This document shows positions 13,331 through 26,829 of a DNA stretch of 64,000 nt, one piece after another. Origin of the DNA: Gordius albopunctatus (taxonomy: Eukaryota); assembly GCA_964276515.1 (NCBI GenBank), contig OZ193909.1:9176001-9240000 (forward strand), read 5' to 3'. Position numbers and translations under genes: made by a program. Within the stretch, counting starts at the first letter, position 1. Each line of letters begins with the position of its first letter. The notes beneath the pieces are model-generated. The model searched no databases and was not told the DNA's origin. It was given only the letters and a program-made list of their open reading frames with translations.

Positions 13331-16300
13331 TTATATGGAGTCGATCGAGATTAATCAGAATCTCAAATTAGCTTACTTTTATATATTTTTTCAAGCTCTT
13401 TTACATAAAATAACAAAATATATATTTTTTAGCTCAAAATATTTAAAATTTTTTCCATTAAAACATATTCATCCGATGAAAGTTGTTATTTTCAGACGTG
13501 ATTTCCATATAAGAAGTAAAAATTTATCACAATTAGATAAATATTACTTTGAAATAATCATCGCATATAGCATGTTTCAAAAATTCAGAACTCTCGTCGC
13601 GATAAAACAAACTAATCGCAACAATATAACGTTGTCTTTCATCAAAATGATAGTTCTCGCAGCTTAAAACTTCTTATAAGGAGTCGATCGAGATTAATAG
13701 GATTATCAAATTAGCGTACTTCTATATATTTTTTCAAGTTCTTTTACATAAAATAACAAAAAATATATTTTTTAGCTCAAAATATTTCAAATTTTTTCCA
13801 TTAAACCATATTCATCCGATGAAAGTTGTTATTTTCAGATTGTATTCCATGATAAGAAGTAAAAATTTATCAGAATTATATAACTATCACTTTGAAATCA
13901 TCATCGCATATAGCATGTTTCAAAAATTCAGCACTCTCGTCGCGATGAAACAAACTAATCGCAACAATATAACGTTGTCTTTCCTCAAAATGATAGTTCT
14001 CGCAGCTTAAAACTTCTTATAAGGAGTCGATCGAGATTATTAGGATTCTCAAATTAGCTTACTTTTATATATTTTTTCAAGATCTTTTACATCAAATAAC
14101 AAAACATATATTTTTTTAGCTCAAAATATTTAAAATTATTTCCATTAACGCATATTCATCCGATGAAAGTTGTTATTTTCAGACGTGTATTCCATGATAA
14201 GAAGTAAAAATTTATCAGAATTATATAACTATCACTTTGAAATCATCATCGCATATAGCATGTTTTAAAAATTCAGCACTCTCATCGCGATGAAACAAAC
14301 TAATCGCAACAATATAACGTTGTCTTTCCTCAAAATGATAGTTCTCGCAGCTTAAAACTTCTTATAAGGAGTCGATCGAGATTAATAGGATTCTCAAATT
14401 AGCTTACTTTTATATATTTTTTCAAGTTCTTTTACATAAAATAACAAAACATATATTTTTTTAGCTCAAAATATTTAAAATTATTTCCATTAACACATAT
14501 TCATCCGATGAAAGTTGTTATTTTCAGACGTGTATTCCATGATAAGAAGTAAAAATTTATCACAATTAGATAAATATTACTTTGAATTAATCATCGCATA
14601 TAGCATGTTTCAAAAATTCAGCACTCTCGTCGCGATGAAACAAACTAATCGCAACAATATAACGTTGTCTTTCCTCAAAATGATAGTTCTCGCATTTTAA
14701 AACTTCTTATAAGGAGTCAATCGAGATTAATAGGATTCTCAAATTAGCGTACTTTAATATATTTTTTCAAGTTCTTTTACATAAAATAACAAAATATATA
14801 TTTTTTAGCTCAAAATATTTAAAATTATTTCCATTAACACATATTCATCCGATGAAAGTTGTTATTTTCAGACGTGATTTTCATGATAAGAAGTAAAAAT
14901 TTATCACAATTAGATAACTATTACTTTGAATTAATCATCGCATATAGCATGTTTCAAAAATTCAGCACTCTCGTCGCGATGAAACAAACTAATCGCAACA
15001 ATATAACGTTGTCTTTCCTCAAAATGATAGTTCTCGCAGCTTAAAACTTCTTATAAGGAGTCGATCGCGATTAATAGGATTCTCAAATTAGCTTACTTAT
15101 ATATATATTTTTTCAAGTTCTTTTACATAAATTAACAAAAAATATATTTTTTAGCTCAAAATAATTCAAATTTTTTCCATTAAACCATATTCATCCGATG
15201 AAAGTTGTTATTTTCAGATTGTATTCCATGATAAGAAGTAAAAATTTATCACAATTAGATAAATATTACTTTGAAATAATCATCGCATATAGCATGTTTC
15301 AAAAATTCAGAACTCTCGTCGCGATAAAACAAACTAATCGCAACAATATAACGTTGTCTTTCATCAAAATGATAGTTCTCGCAGCTTAAAACTTCTTATA
15401 AGGAGTCGATCGAGATTAATAGGATTATCAAATTAGCGTACTTTTATATATTTTTTCAAGTTCTTTTACATAAAATAACAAAAAATATATTTTTTAGCTC
15501 AAAATATTTCAAATTTTTTCCATTAAACCATATTCATCCGATGAAAGTTGTTATTTTCAGATTGTATTCCATGATAAGAAGTAAAAATTTATCAGAATTA
15601 TATAACTATCACTTTGAAATCATCATCGCATATAGCATGTTTCAAAAATTCAGCACTCTCGTCGCGATGAAACAAACTAATCGCAACAATATAACGTTGT
15701 CTTTCCTCAAAATGATAGTTCTCGCAGCTTAAAACTTCTTATAAGGAGTCGATCGAGATTATTAGGATTCTCAAATTAGCTTACTTTTATATATTTTTTC
15801 AAGATCTTTTACATCAAATAACAAAACATATATTTTTTTAGCTCAAAATATTTAAAATTATTTCCATTAACGCATATTCATCCGATGAAAGTTGTTATTT
15901 TCAGACGTGTATTCCATGATAAGAAGTAAAAATTTATCAGAATTATATAACTATCACTTTGAAATCATCATCGCATATAGCATGTTTTAAAAATTCAGCA
16001 CTCTCATCGCGATGAAACAAACTAATCGCAACAATATAACGTTGTCTTTCCTCAAAATGATAGTTCTCGCAGCTTAAAACTTCTTATAAGGAGTCGATCG
16101 AGATTAATAGGATTCTCAAATTAGCTTACTTTTATATATTTTTTCAAGTTCTTTTACATAAAATAACATAACATATATTTTTTTAGCTCAAAATATTTAA
16201 AATTATTTCCATTAACACATATTCATCCGATGAAAGTTGTTATTTTCAGACGTGTATTCCATGATAAGAAGTAAAAATTTATCAGAATTATATAACTATC

Positions 16301-19300
16301 ACTTTGAAATCATCATCGCATATAGCATGTTTTAAAAATTCAGCACTCACGTCGCGATAAAACAAACTAATCGCAACAATATAACGTCGTCTTTCCTCAA
16401 AATGATAGTTCTCGCAGCTTAAAACTTCTTATAAGGAGTCGATCGAGATTATTAGGATTCTCAAATTAGCTTACTTATATATATATTTTTTCAAGTTCTT
16501 TTACATAAATTAACAAAAAATATATTTTTTAGCTCAAAATATTTAAAATTATTTCCATTAACACATATTCATCCGATGAAAGTTGTTACTTTCAGACGTG
16601 TATTCCATGATAAGAAGTAAAAATTTATTAGAATTATATAACTATCACTTTGAAATCATCATCGCATATAGCATGTTTTAAAAATTCAGCACTCTCGTCG
16701 CGATGAAACAAACTAATCGCAACAATATAACGTTGTCTTTCCTCAAAATGATAGTTCTCGCAGCTTAAAACTTCTTATAAGGAGTCGATCGCGATTAATA
16801 GGATTCTCAAATTAGCTTACTTATATATATATTTTTTCAAGTTCTTTTACATAAATTAACAAAAAATATATTTTTTAGCTCAAAATATTTCAAATTTTTT
16901 CCATTAAACCATATTCATCCGATGAAAGTTGTTATTTTCAGATTGTATTCCATGATAAGAAGTAAAAATTTATCACAATTAGATAAATATTACTTTGAAA
17001 TAATCATCGCATATAGCATGTTTCAAAAATTCAGAACTCTCGTCGCGATAAAACAAACTAATCGCAACAATATAACGTTGTCTTTCATCAAAATGATAGT
17101 TCTCGCAGCTTAAAACTTCTTATAAGGAGTCGATCGAGATTAATAGGATTCTCAAATTAGCTTACTTTTATATATTTTTTCAAGTTCTTTTACATAAAAT
17201 AACAAAACATATATTTTTTTAGCTCAAAATATTTAAAATTATTTCCATTAACACATATTCATCCGATGAAAGTTGTTATTTTCAGACGTGTATTCCATGA
17301 TAAGAAGTAAAAATTTATCAGAATTATATAACTATCACTTTGAAATCATCATCGCATATAGCATGTTTTAAAAATTCAGCACTCACGTCGCGATAAAACA
17401 AACTAATCGCAACAATATAACGTCGTCTTTCCTCAAAATGATAGTTCTCGCAGCTTAAAACTTCTTATAAGGAGTCGATCGAGATTATTAGGATTCTCAA
17501 ATTAGCTTACTTATATATATATTTTTTCAAGTTCTTTTACATAAATTAACAAAAAATATATTTTTTAGCTCAAAATATTTCAAATTTTTTCCATTAAACC
17601 ATATTCATCCGATGAAAGTTGTTATTTACAGACGTGTATTCCATATAAGAAGTAAAAATTTATCAGAATTATATAACTATCACTTTGAAATCATCATCGC
17701 ATATAGCATGTTTTAAAAATTCAGCACTCACGTCGCGATAAAACAAACTAATCGCAACAATATAACGTCGTCTTTCCTCAAAATGATAGTTCTCGCAGCT
17801 TAAAACTTCTTATAAGGAGTCGATCGAGATTATTAGGATTCTCAAATTAGCGTACTTTAATATATTTTTTCAAGTTCTTTTACATAAAATAACAAAATAT
17901 ATATTTTTTATCTCAAAATATTTAAAATTATTTCCATTAACACATATTCATCCGATGAAAGTTGTTATTTTCAGACGTGTATTCCATATAAGAAGTAAAA
18001 ATTTATCAGAATTATATAACTATCACTTTGAAATAATCATCGCATATAGCATGTTTCAAAAATTCAGAACTCTCGTCGCGATAAAACAAACTAATCGCAA
18101 CAATATAACGTTGTCTTTCATCAAAATGATAGTTCTCGCAGCTTAAAACTTCTTATAAGGAGTCGATCGAGATTAATAGGATTCTCAAATTAGCTTACTT
18201 TTATATATTTTTTCAAGTTCTTTTACATAAAATAACAAAATATATATTTTTTAGCTCAAAATATTTAAAATTATTTCCATTAACACATATTCATCCGATG
18301 AAAGTTGTTATTTTCAGACGTGTATTCCATATAAGAAGTAAAAATTTATCAGAATTATATAACTATCACTTTGAAATAATCATCGCATATAGCATGTTTC
18401 AAAAATTCAGAACTCTCGTCGCGATAAAACAAACTAATCGCAACAATATAACGTTGTCTTTCATCAAAATGATAGTTCTCGCAGCTTAAAACTTCTTATA
18501 AGGAGTCGATCGAGATTAATAGGATTCTCAAATTAGCTTACTTATATATATATTTTTTCAAGTTCTTTTACATAAATTAACAAAAAATATATTTTTTAGC
18601 TCAAAATATTTCAAATTTTTTCCATTAAACCATATTCATCCGATGAAAGTTGTTATTTTCAGATTGTATTCCATGATAAGAAGTAAAAATTTATCACAAT
18701 TAGATAAATATTACTTTGAAATAATCATCGCATATAGCATGTTTCAAAAATTCAGAACTCTCGTCGCGATAAAACAAACTAATCGCAACAATATAACGTT
18801 GTCTTTCATCAAAATGATAGTTCTCGCAGCTTAAAACTTCTTATAAGGAGTCGATCGAGATTAATAGGATTCTCAAATTAGCTTACTTTTATATATTTTT
18901 TCAAGTTCTTTTACATAAAATAACAAAATATATATTTTTTAGCTCAAAATATTTAAAATTATTTCCATTAACACATATTCATCCGATGAAAGTTGTTATT
19001 TTCAGACGTGATTTTCATGATAAGAAGTAAAAATTTATCACAATTAGATAACTATCACTTTGAAATTATCATCGCATATAGCATGTTTCAAAAATTCAGC
19101 ACTCACGTCGCGATAAAACAAACTAATCGCAACAATATAACGTCGTCTTTCCTCAAAATGATAGTTCTCGCAGCTTAAAACTTCTTATAAGGAGTCGATC
19201 GAGATTATTAGGATTCTCAAATTAGCTTACTTTGATATATTTTTTCAAGTTCTTTTACATAAAATAACAAAATATATGTTTTTTAGCTCAAAATATTTAA

Positions 19301-22300
19301 AATTATTTCCATTAACACATATTCATCCGATGAAAGTTGTTACTTTCATAACGTGTATTCCATGATAAGAAGTAAAAATTTATGAGAATTATATAACTAT
19401 CACTTTGAAATCATCATCGCATATAGCATGTTTTAAAAATTCAGCACTCTCGTCGCGATGAAACAAACTAATCGCAACAATATAACGTTGTCTTTCCTCA
19501 AAATGATAGTTCTCGCAGCTTAAAACTTCTTATAAGGAGTCGATCGCGATTAATAGGATTCTCAAATTAGCTTACTTATATATATATTTTTTCAAGTTCT
19601 TTTACATAAATTAACAAAAAATATATTTTTTAGCTCAAAATATTTCAAATTTTTTCCATTAAACCATATTCATCCGATGAAAGTTGTTATTTTCAGATTG
19701 TATTCCATGATAAGAAGTAAAAATTTATCACAATTAGATAAATATTACTTTGAAATAATCATCGCATATAGCATGTTTCAAAAATTCAGAACTCTCGTCG
19801 CGATAAAACAAACTAATCGCAACAATATAACGTTGTCTTTCATCAAAATGATAGTTCTCGCAGCTTAAAACTTCTTATAAGGAGTCGATCGAGATTAATA
19901 GGATTCTCAAATTAGCTTACTTTTATATATTTTTTCAAGATCTTTTACATCAAATAACAAAACATATATTTTTTTAGCTCAAAATATTTAAAATTATTTC
20001 CATTAACACATATTCATCCGATGAAAGTTGTTATTTTCAGACGTGTATTCCATGATAAGAAGTAAAAATTTATCAGAATTAAATAACTATCACTTTGAAA
20101 TCATCATCGCATATAGCATGTTTTAAAAATTCAGCACTCACGTCGCGATAAAACAAACTAATCGCAACAATATAACGTCGTCTTTCCTCAAAATGATAGT
20201 TCTCGCAGCTTAAAACTTCTTATAAGGAGTCGATCGAGATTATTAGGATTCTCAAATTAGCTTACTTATATATATATTTTTTCAAGTTCTTTTACATAAA
20301 TTAACAAAAAATATATTTTTTAGCTCAAAATATTTCAAATTTTTTCCATTAAACCATATTCATCCGATGAAAGTTGTTATTTTCAGATTGTATTCCATGA
20401 TAAGAAGTAAAAATTTATCACAATTAGATAAATATTACTTTGAAATAATCATCGCATATAGCATGTTTCAAAAATTCAGAACTCTCGTCGCGATAAAACA
20501 AACTAATCGCAACAATATAACGTTGTCTTTCATCAAAATGATAGTTCTCGCATTTTAAAACTTCTTATAAGGAGTCAATCGAGATTAATAGGATTCTCAA
20601 ATTAGCGTACTTTAATATATTTTTTCAAGTTCTTTTACATAAAATAACAAAATATATATTTTTTATCTCAAAATATTTAAAATTATTTCCATTAACACAT
20701 ATTCATCCGATGAAAGTTGTTATTTTCAGACGTGATTTTCATGATAAGAAGTAAAAATTTATCACAATTAGATAACTATTACTTTGAATCAATCATCGCA
20801 TATAGCATGTTTTAAAAATTCAGCACTCACGTCGCGATAAAACAAACTAATCGCAACAATATAACGTCGTCTTTCCTCAAAATGATAGTTCTCGCAGCTT
20901 AAAACTTCTTATAAGGAGTCGATCGAGATTATTAGGATTCTCAAATTAGCTTACTTATATATATATTTTTTCAAGTTCTTTTACATAAATTAACAAAAAA
21001 TATATTTTTTAGCTCAAAATATTTCAAATTTTTTCCATTAAACCATATTCATCCGATGAAAGTTGTTATTTTCAGATTGTATTCCATGATAAGAAGTAAA
21101 AATTTATCACAATTAGATAAATATTACTTTGAAATAATCATCGCATATAGCATGTTTCAAAAATTCAGCACTCTCGTCGCGATGAAACAAACTAATCGCA
21201 ACAATATAACGTTGTCTTTACTCGAAATGATAGTTCTCGCATTTTAAAACTTCTTATAAGGAGTCAATCGAGATTAATAGGATTCTCAAATTAGCGTACT
21301 TTAATATATTTTTTCAAGTTCTTTTACATAAAATAACAAAATATATATTTTTTATCTCAAAATATTTAAAATTATTTCCATTAACACATATTCATCCGAT
21401 GAAAGTTGTTATTTTCAGACGTGTATTCCATATAAGAAGTAAAAATTTATCAGAATTATATAACTATCACTTTGAAATAATCATCGCATATAGCATGTTT
21501 CAAAAATTCAGAACTCTCGTCGCGATAAAACAAACTAATCGCAACAATATAACGTTGTCTTTCATCAAAATGATAGTTCTCGCAGCTTAAAACTTCTTAT
21601 AAGGAGTCGATCGAGATTAATAGGATTCTCAAATTAGCTTACTTTTATATATTTTTTCAAGTTCTTTTACATAAAATAACAAAATATATATTTTTTAGCT
21701 CAAAATATTTAAAATTATTTCCATTAACACATATTCATCCGATGAAAGTTGTTATTTTCAGACGTGATTTTCATGATAAGAAGTAAAAATTTATCACAAT
21801 TAGATAACTATCACTTTGAAATTATCATCGCATATAGCATGTTTCAAAAATTCAGCACTCACGTCGCGATAAAACAAACTAATCGCAACAATATAACGTC
21901 GTCTTTCCTCAAAATGATAGTTCTCGCAGCTTAAAACTTCTTATAAGGAGTCGATCGAGATTATTAGGATTCTCAAATTAGCTTACTTTGATATATTTTT
22001 TCAAGTTCTTTTACATAAAATAACAAAATATATGTTTTTTAGCTCAAAATATTTAAAATTATTTCCATTAACACATATTCATCCGATGAAAGTTGTTACT
22101 TTCAGACGTGTATTCCATGATAAGAAGTAAAAATTTATGAGAATTATATAACTATCACTTTGAAATCATCATCGCATATAGCATGTTTTAAAAATTCAGC
22201 ACTCTCGTCGCGATGAAACAAACTAATCGCAACAATATAACGTTGTCTTTCCTCAAAATGATAGTTCTCGCAGCTTAAAACTTCTTATAAGGAGTCGATC

Positions 22301-25300
22301 GCGATTAATAGGATTCTCAAATTAGCTTACTTATATATATATTTTTTCAAGTTCTTTTACATAAATTAACAAAAAATATATTTTTTAGCTCAAAATATTT
22401 CAAATTTTTTCCATTAAACCATATTCATCCGATGAAAGTTGTTATTTTCAGATTGTATTCCATGATAAGAAGTAAAAATTTATCACAATTAGATAAATAT
22501 TACTTTGAAATAATCATCGCATATAGCATGTTTCAAAAATTCAGAACTCTCGTCGCGATAAAACAAACTAATCGCAACAATATAACGTTGTCTTTCATCA
22601 AAATGATAGTTCTCGCAGCTTAAAACTTCTTATAAGGAGTCGATCGAGATTAATAGGATTCTCAAATTAGCTTACTTTTATATATTTTTTCAAGATCTTT
22701 TACATCAAATAACAAAACATATATTTTTTTAGCTCAAAATATTTAAAATTATTTCCATTAACACATATTCATCCGATGAAAGTTGTTATTTTCAGACGTG
22801 TATTCCATGATAAGAAGTAAAAATTTATCAGAATTAAATAACTATCACTTTGAAATCATCATCGCATATAGCATGTTTTAAAAATTCAGCACTCACGTCG
22901 CGATAAAACAAACTAATCGCAACAATATAACGTCGTCTTTCCTCAAAATGATAGTTCTCGCAGCTTAAAACTTCTTATAAGGAGTCGATCGAGATTATTA
23001 GGATTCTCAAATTAGCTTACTTATATATATATTTTTTGAAGTTCTTTTACATAAATTAACAAAAAATATATTTTTTAGCTCAAAATATTTCAAATTTTTT
23101 CCATTAAACCATATTCATCCGATGAAAGTTGTTATTTTCAGATTGTATTCCATGATAAGAAGTAAAAATTTATCACAATTAGATAAATATTACTTTGAAA
23201 TAATCATCGCATATAGCATGTTTCAAAAATTCAGAACTCTCGTCGCGATAAAACAAACTAATCGCAACAATATAACGTTGTCTTTCATCAAAATGATAGT
23301 TCTCGCAGCTTAAAACTTCTTATAAGGAGTCGATCGAGATTAATAGGATTCTCAAATTAGCTTACTTTTATATATTTTTTCAAGATCTTTTACATCAAAT
23401 AACAAAACATATATTTTTTTAGCTCAAAATATTTAAAATTATTTCCATTAACACATATTCATCCGATGAAAGTTGTTATTTTCAGACGTGTATTCCATGA
23501 TAAGAAGTAAAAATTTATCAGAATTAAATAACTATCACTTTGAAATCATCATCGCATATAGCATGTTTTAAAAATTCAGCACTCACGTCGCGATAAAACA
23601 AACTAATCGCAACAATATAACGTCGTCTTTCCTCAAAATGATAGTTCTCGCAGCTTAAAACTTCTTATAAGGAGTCGATCGAGATTATTAGGATTCTCAA
23701 ATTAGCTTACTTATATATATATTTTTTGAAGTTCTTTTACATAAATTAACAAAAAATATATTTTTTAGCTCAAAATATTTCAAATTTTTTCCATTAACAC
23801 ATATTCATCCGATGAAAGTTGTTATTTTCAGACGTGATTTTCATGATAAGAAGTAAAAATTTATCACAATTAGATAACTATTACTTTGAATCAATCATCG
23901 CATATAGCATGTTTCAAAAATTCAGCACTCTCGTCGCGATGAAACAAACTAATCGCAACAATATAACGTTGTCTTTCCTCAAAATGATAGTTCTCGCATT
24001 TTAAAACTTCTTATAAGGAGTCAATCGAGATTAATAGGATTCTCAAATTAGCGTACTTTAATATATTTTTTCAAGTTCTTTTACATAAAATAACAAAATA
24101 TATATTTTTTAGCTCAAAATATTTAAAATTATTTCCATTAACACATATTCATCCGATGAAAGTTGTTATTTTCAGACGTGATTTTCATGATAAGAAGTAA
24201 AAATTTATCACAATTAGATAACTATTACTTTGAATTAATCATCGCATATAGCATGTTTCAAAAATTCAGCACTCTCGTCGCGATGAAACAAACTAATGGC
24301 AACAATATAACGTTGTCTTTCCTCAAAATGATAGTTCTCGCATTTTAAAACTTCTTATAAGGAGTCAATCGAGATTAATAGGATTCTCAAATTAGCGTAC
24401 TTTAATATATTTTTTCAAGTTCTTTTACATAAAATAACAAAATATATATTTTTTAGCTCAAAATATTTAAAATTATTTCCATTAACACATATTCATCCGA
24501 TGAAAGTTGTTATTTTCAGACGTGTATTCCATATAAGAAGTAAAAATTTATCAGAATTATATAACTATCACTTTGAAATCATCATCGCATATAGCATGTT
24601 TTAAAAATTCAGCACTCTCATCGCGATGAAACAAACTAATCGCAACAATATAACGTTGTCTTTCATCAAAATGATAGTTCTCGCATTTTAAAACTTCTTA
24701 TAAGGAGTCGATCGAGATTAATAGGATTCTCAAATTAGCGTACTTTAATATATTTTTTCAAGTTCTTTTACATAAAATAACAAAATATATATTTTTTATC
24801 TCAAAATATTTAAAATTATTTCCATTAACACATATTCATCCGATGAAAGTTGTTATTTTCAGACGTGTATTCCATGATAAGAAGTAAAAATTTATCAGAA
24901 TTAAATAACTATCACTTTGAAATCATCATCGCATATAGCATGTTTTAAAAATTCAGCACTCACGCTGCGATAAAACAAACTAATCGCAACAATATAACGT
25001 CGTCTTTCCTCAAAATGATAGTTCTCGCAGGTTAAAACTTCTTATAAGGAGTCGATCGAGATTATTAGGATTCTCAAATTAGCTTACTTATATATATATT
25101 TTTTCAAGTTCTTTTACATAAATTAACAAAAAATATATTTTTTAGCTCAAAATATTTCAAATTTTTTCCATTAAACCATATTCATCCGATGAAAGTTGTT
25201 ATTTTCAGATTGTATTCCATGATAAGAAGTAAAAATTTATCACAATTAGATAAATATTACTTTGAAATAATCATCGCATATAGCATGTTTCAAAAATTCA

Positions 25301-26829
25301 GAACTCACGTCGCGATAAAACAAACTAATCGCAACAATATAACGTCGTCTTTCCTCAAAATGATAGTTCTCGCAGCTTAAAACTTCTTATAAGGAGTCGA
25401 TCGAGATTATTAGGATTCTCAAATTAGCTTACTTATATATATATTTTTTCAAGTTCTTTTACATAAAATAACAAAATATATATTTTTTATCTCAAAATAT
25501 TTAAAATTATTTCCATTAACACATATTCATCCGATGAAAGTTGTTATTTTCAGACGTGATTTTCATGATAAGAAGTAAAAATTTATCACAATTAGATAAC
25601 TATTACTTTGAATTAATCATCGCATATAGCATGTTTCAAAAATTCAGCACTCTCGTCGCGATGAAACAAACTAATGGCAACAATATAACGTTGTCTTTCC
25701 TCAAAATGATAGTTCTCGCATTTTAAAACTTCTTATAAGGAGTCAATCGAGATTAATAGGATTCTCAAATTAGCGTACTTTAATATATTTTTTCAAGTTC
25801 TTTTACATAAAATAACAAAATATATATTTTTTAGCTCAAAATATTTAAAATTATTTCCATTAACACATATTCATCCGATGAAAGTTGTTATTTTCAGACG
25901 TGTATTCCATATAAGAAGTAAAAATTTATCAGAATTATATAACTATCACTTTGAAATCATCATCGCATATAGCATGTTTTAAAAATTCAGCACTCTCATC
26001 GCGATGAAACAAACTAATCGCAACAATATAACGTTGTCTTTCATCAAAATGATAGTTCTCGCATTTTAAAACTTCTTATAAGGAGTCGATCGAGATTAAT
26101 AGGATTCTCAAATTAGCGTACTTTAATATATTTTTTCAAGTTCTTTTACATAAAATAACAAAATATATATTTTTTATCTCAAAATATTTAAAATTATTTC
26201 CATTAACACATATTCATCCGATGAAAGTTGTTATTTTCAGACGTGATTTTCATGATAAGAAGTAAAAATTTATCACAATTAGATAACTATCACTTTGAAA
26301 TTATCATCGCATATAGCATGTTTCAAAAATTCAGCACTCACGTCGCGATAAAACAAACTAATCGCAACAATATAACGTCGTCTTTCCTCAAAATGATAGT
26401 TCTCGCAGCTTAAAACTTCTTATAAGGAGTCGATCGAGATTATTAGGATTCTCAAATTAGCTTACTTTAATATATTTTTTCAAGTTCTTTTACATAAAAT
26501 AACAAAATATATATTTTTTATCTCAAAATATTTAAAATTATTTCCATTAACACATATTCATCCGATGAAAGTTGTTATTTTCAGACGTGTATTCCATATA
26601 AGAAGTAAAAATTTATCAGAATTATATAACTATCACTTTGAAATAATCATCGCATATAGCATGTTTCAAAAATTCAGAACTCTCGTCGCGATAAAACAAA
26701 CTAATCGCAACAATATAACGTTGTCTTTCATCAAAATGATAGTTCTCGCAGCTTAAAACTTCTTATAAGGAGTCGATCGAGATTAATAGGATTCTCAAAT
26801 TAGCTTACTTTTATATATTTTTTCAAGTT

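Larger units (their letters stand above)
1..13510 (+). repeat. Satellite subfamily A domain (~39 monomers)
   Basis: Diagnostic variants: CAAGCTCTTTT; GAGATTAATCAGAATCTC / GATTAAGAGGAATCTA / AATAGGAATCT; GATAACTACTAC; TTCAGATCTCTC; TCTTTATTCAAA; TTAGAAGGAG; and the 4-bp deletion GATAATACTTTG. I did not see these after ~13.5 kb. Confidence 0.9.
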
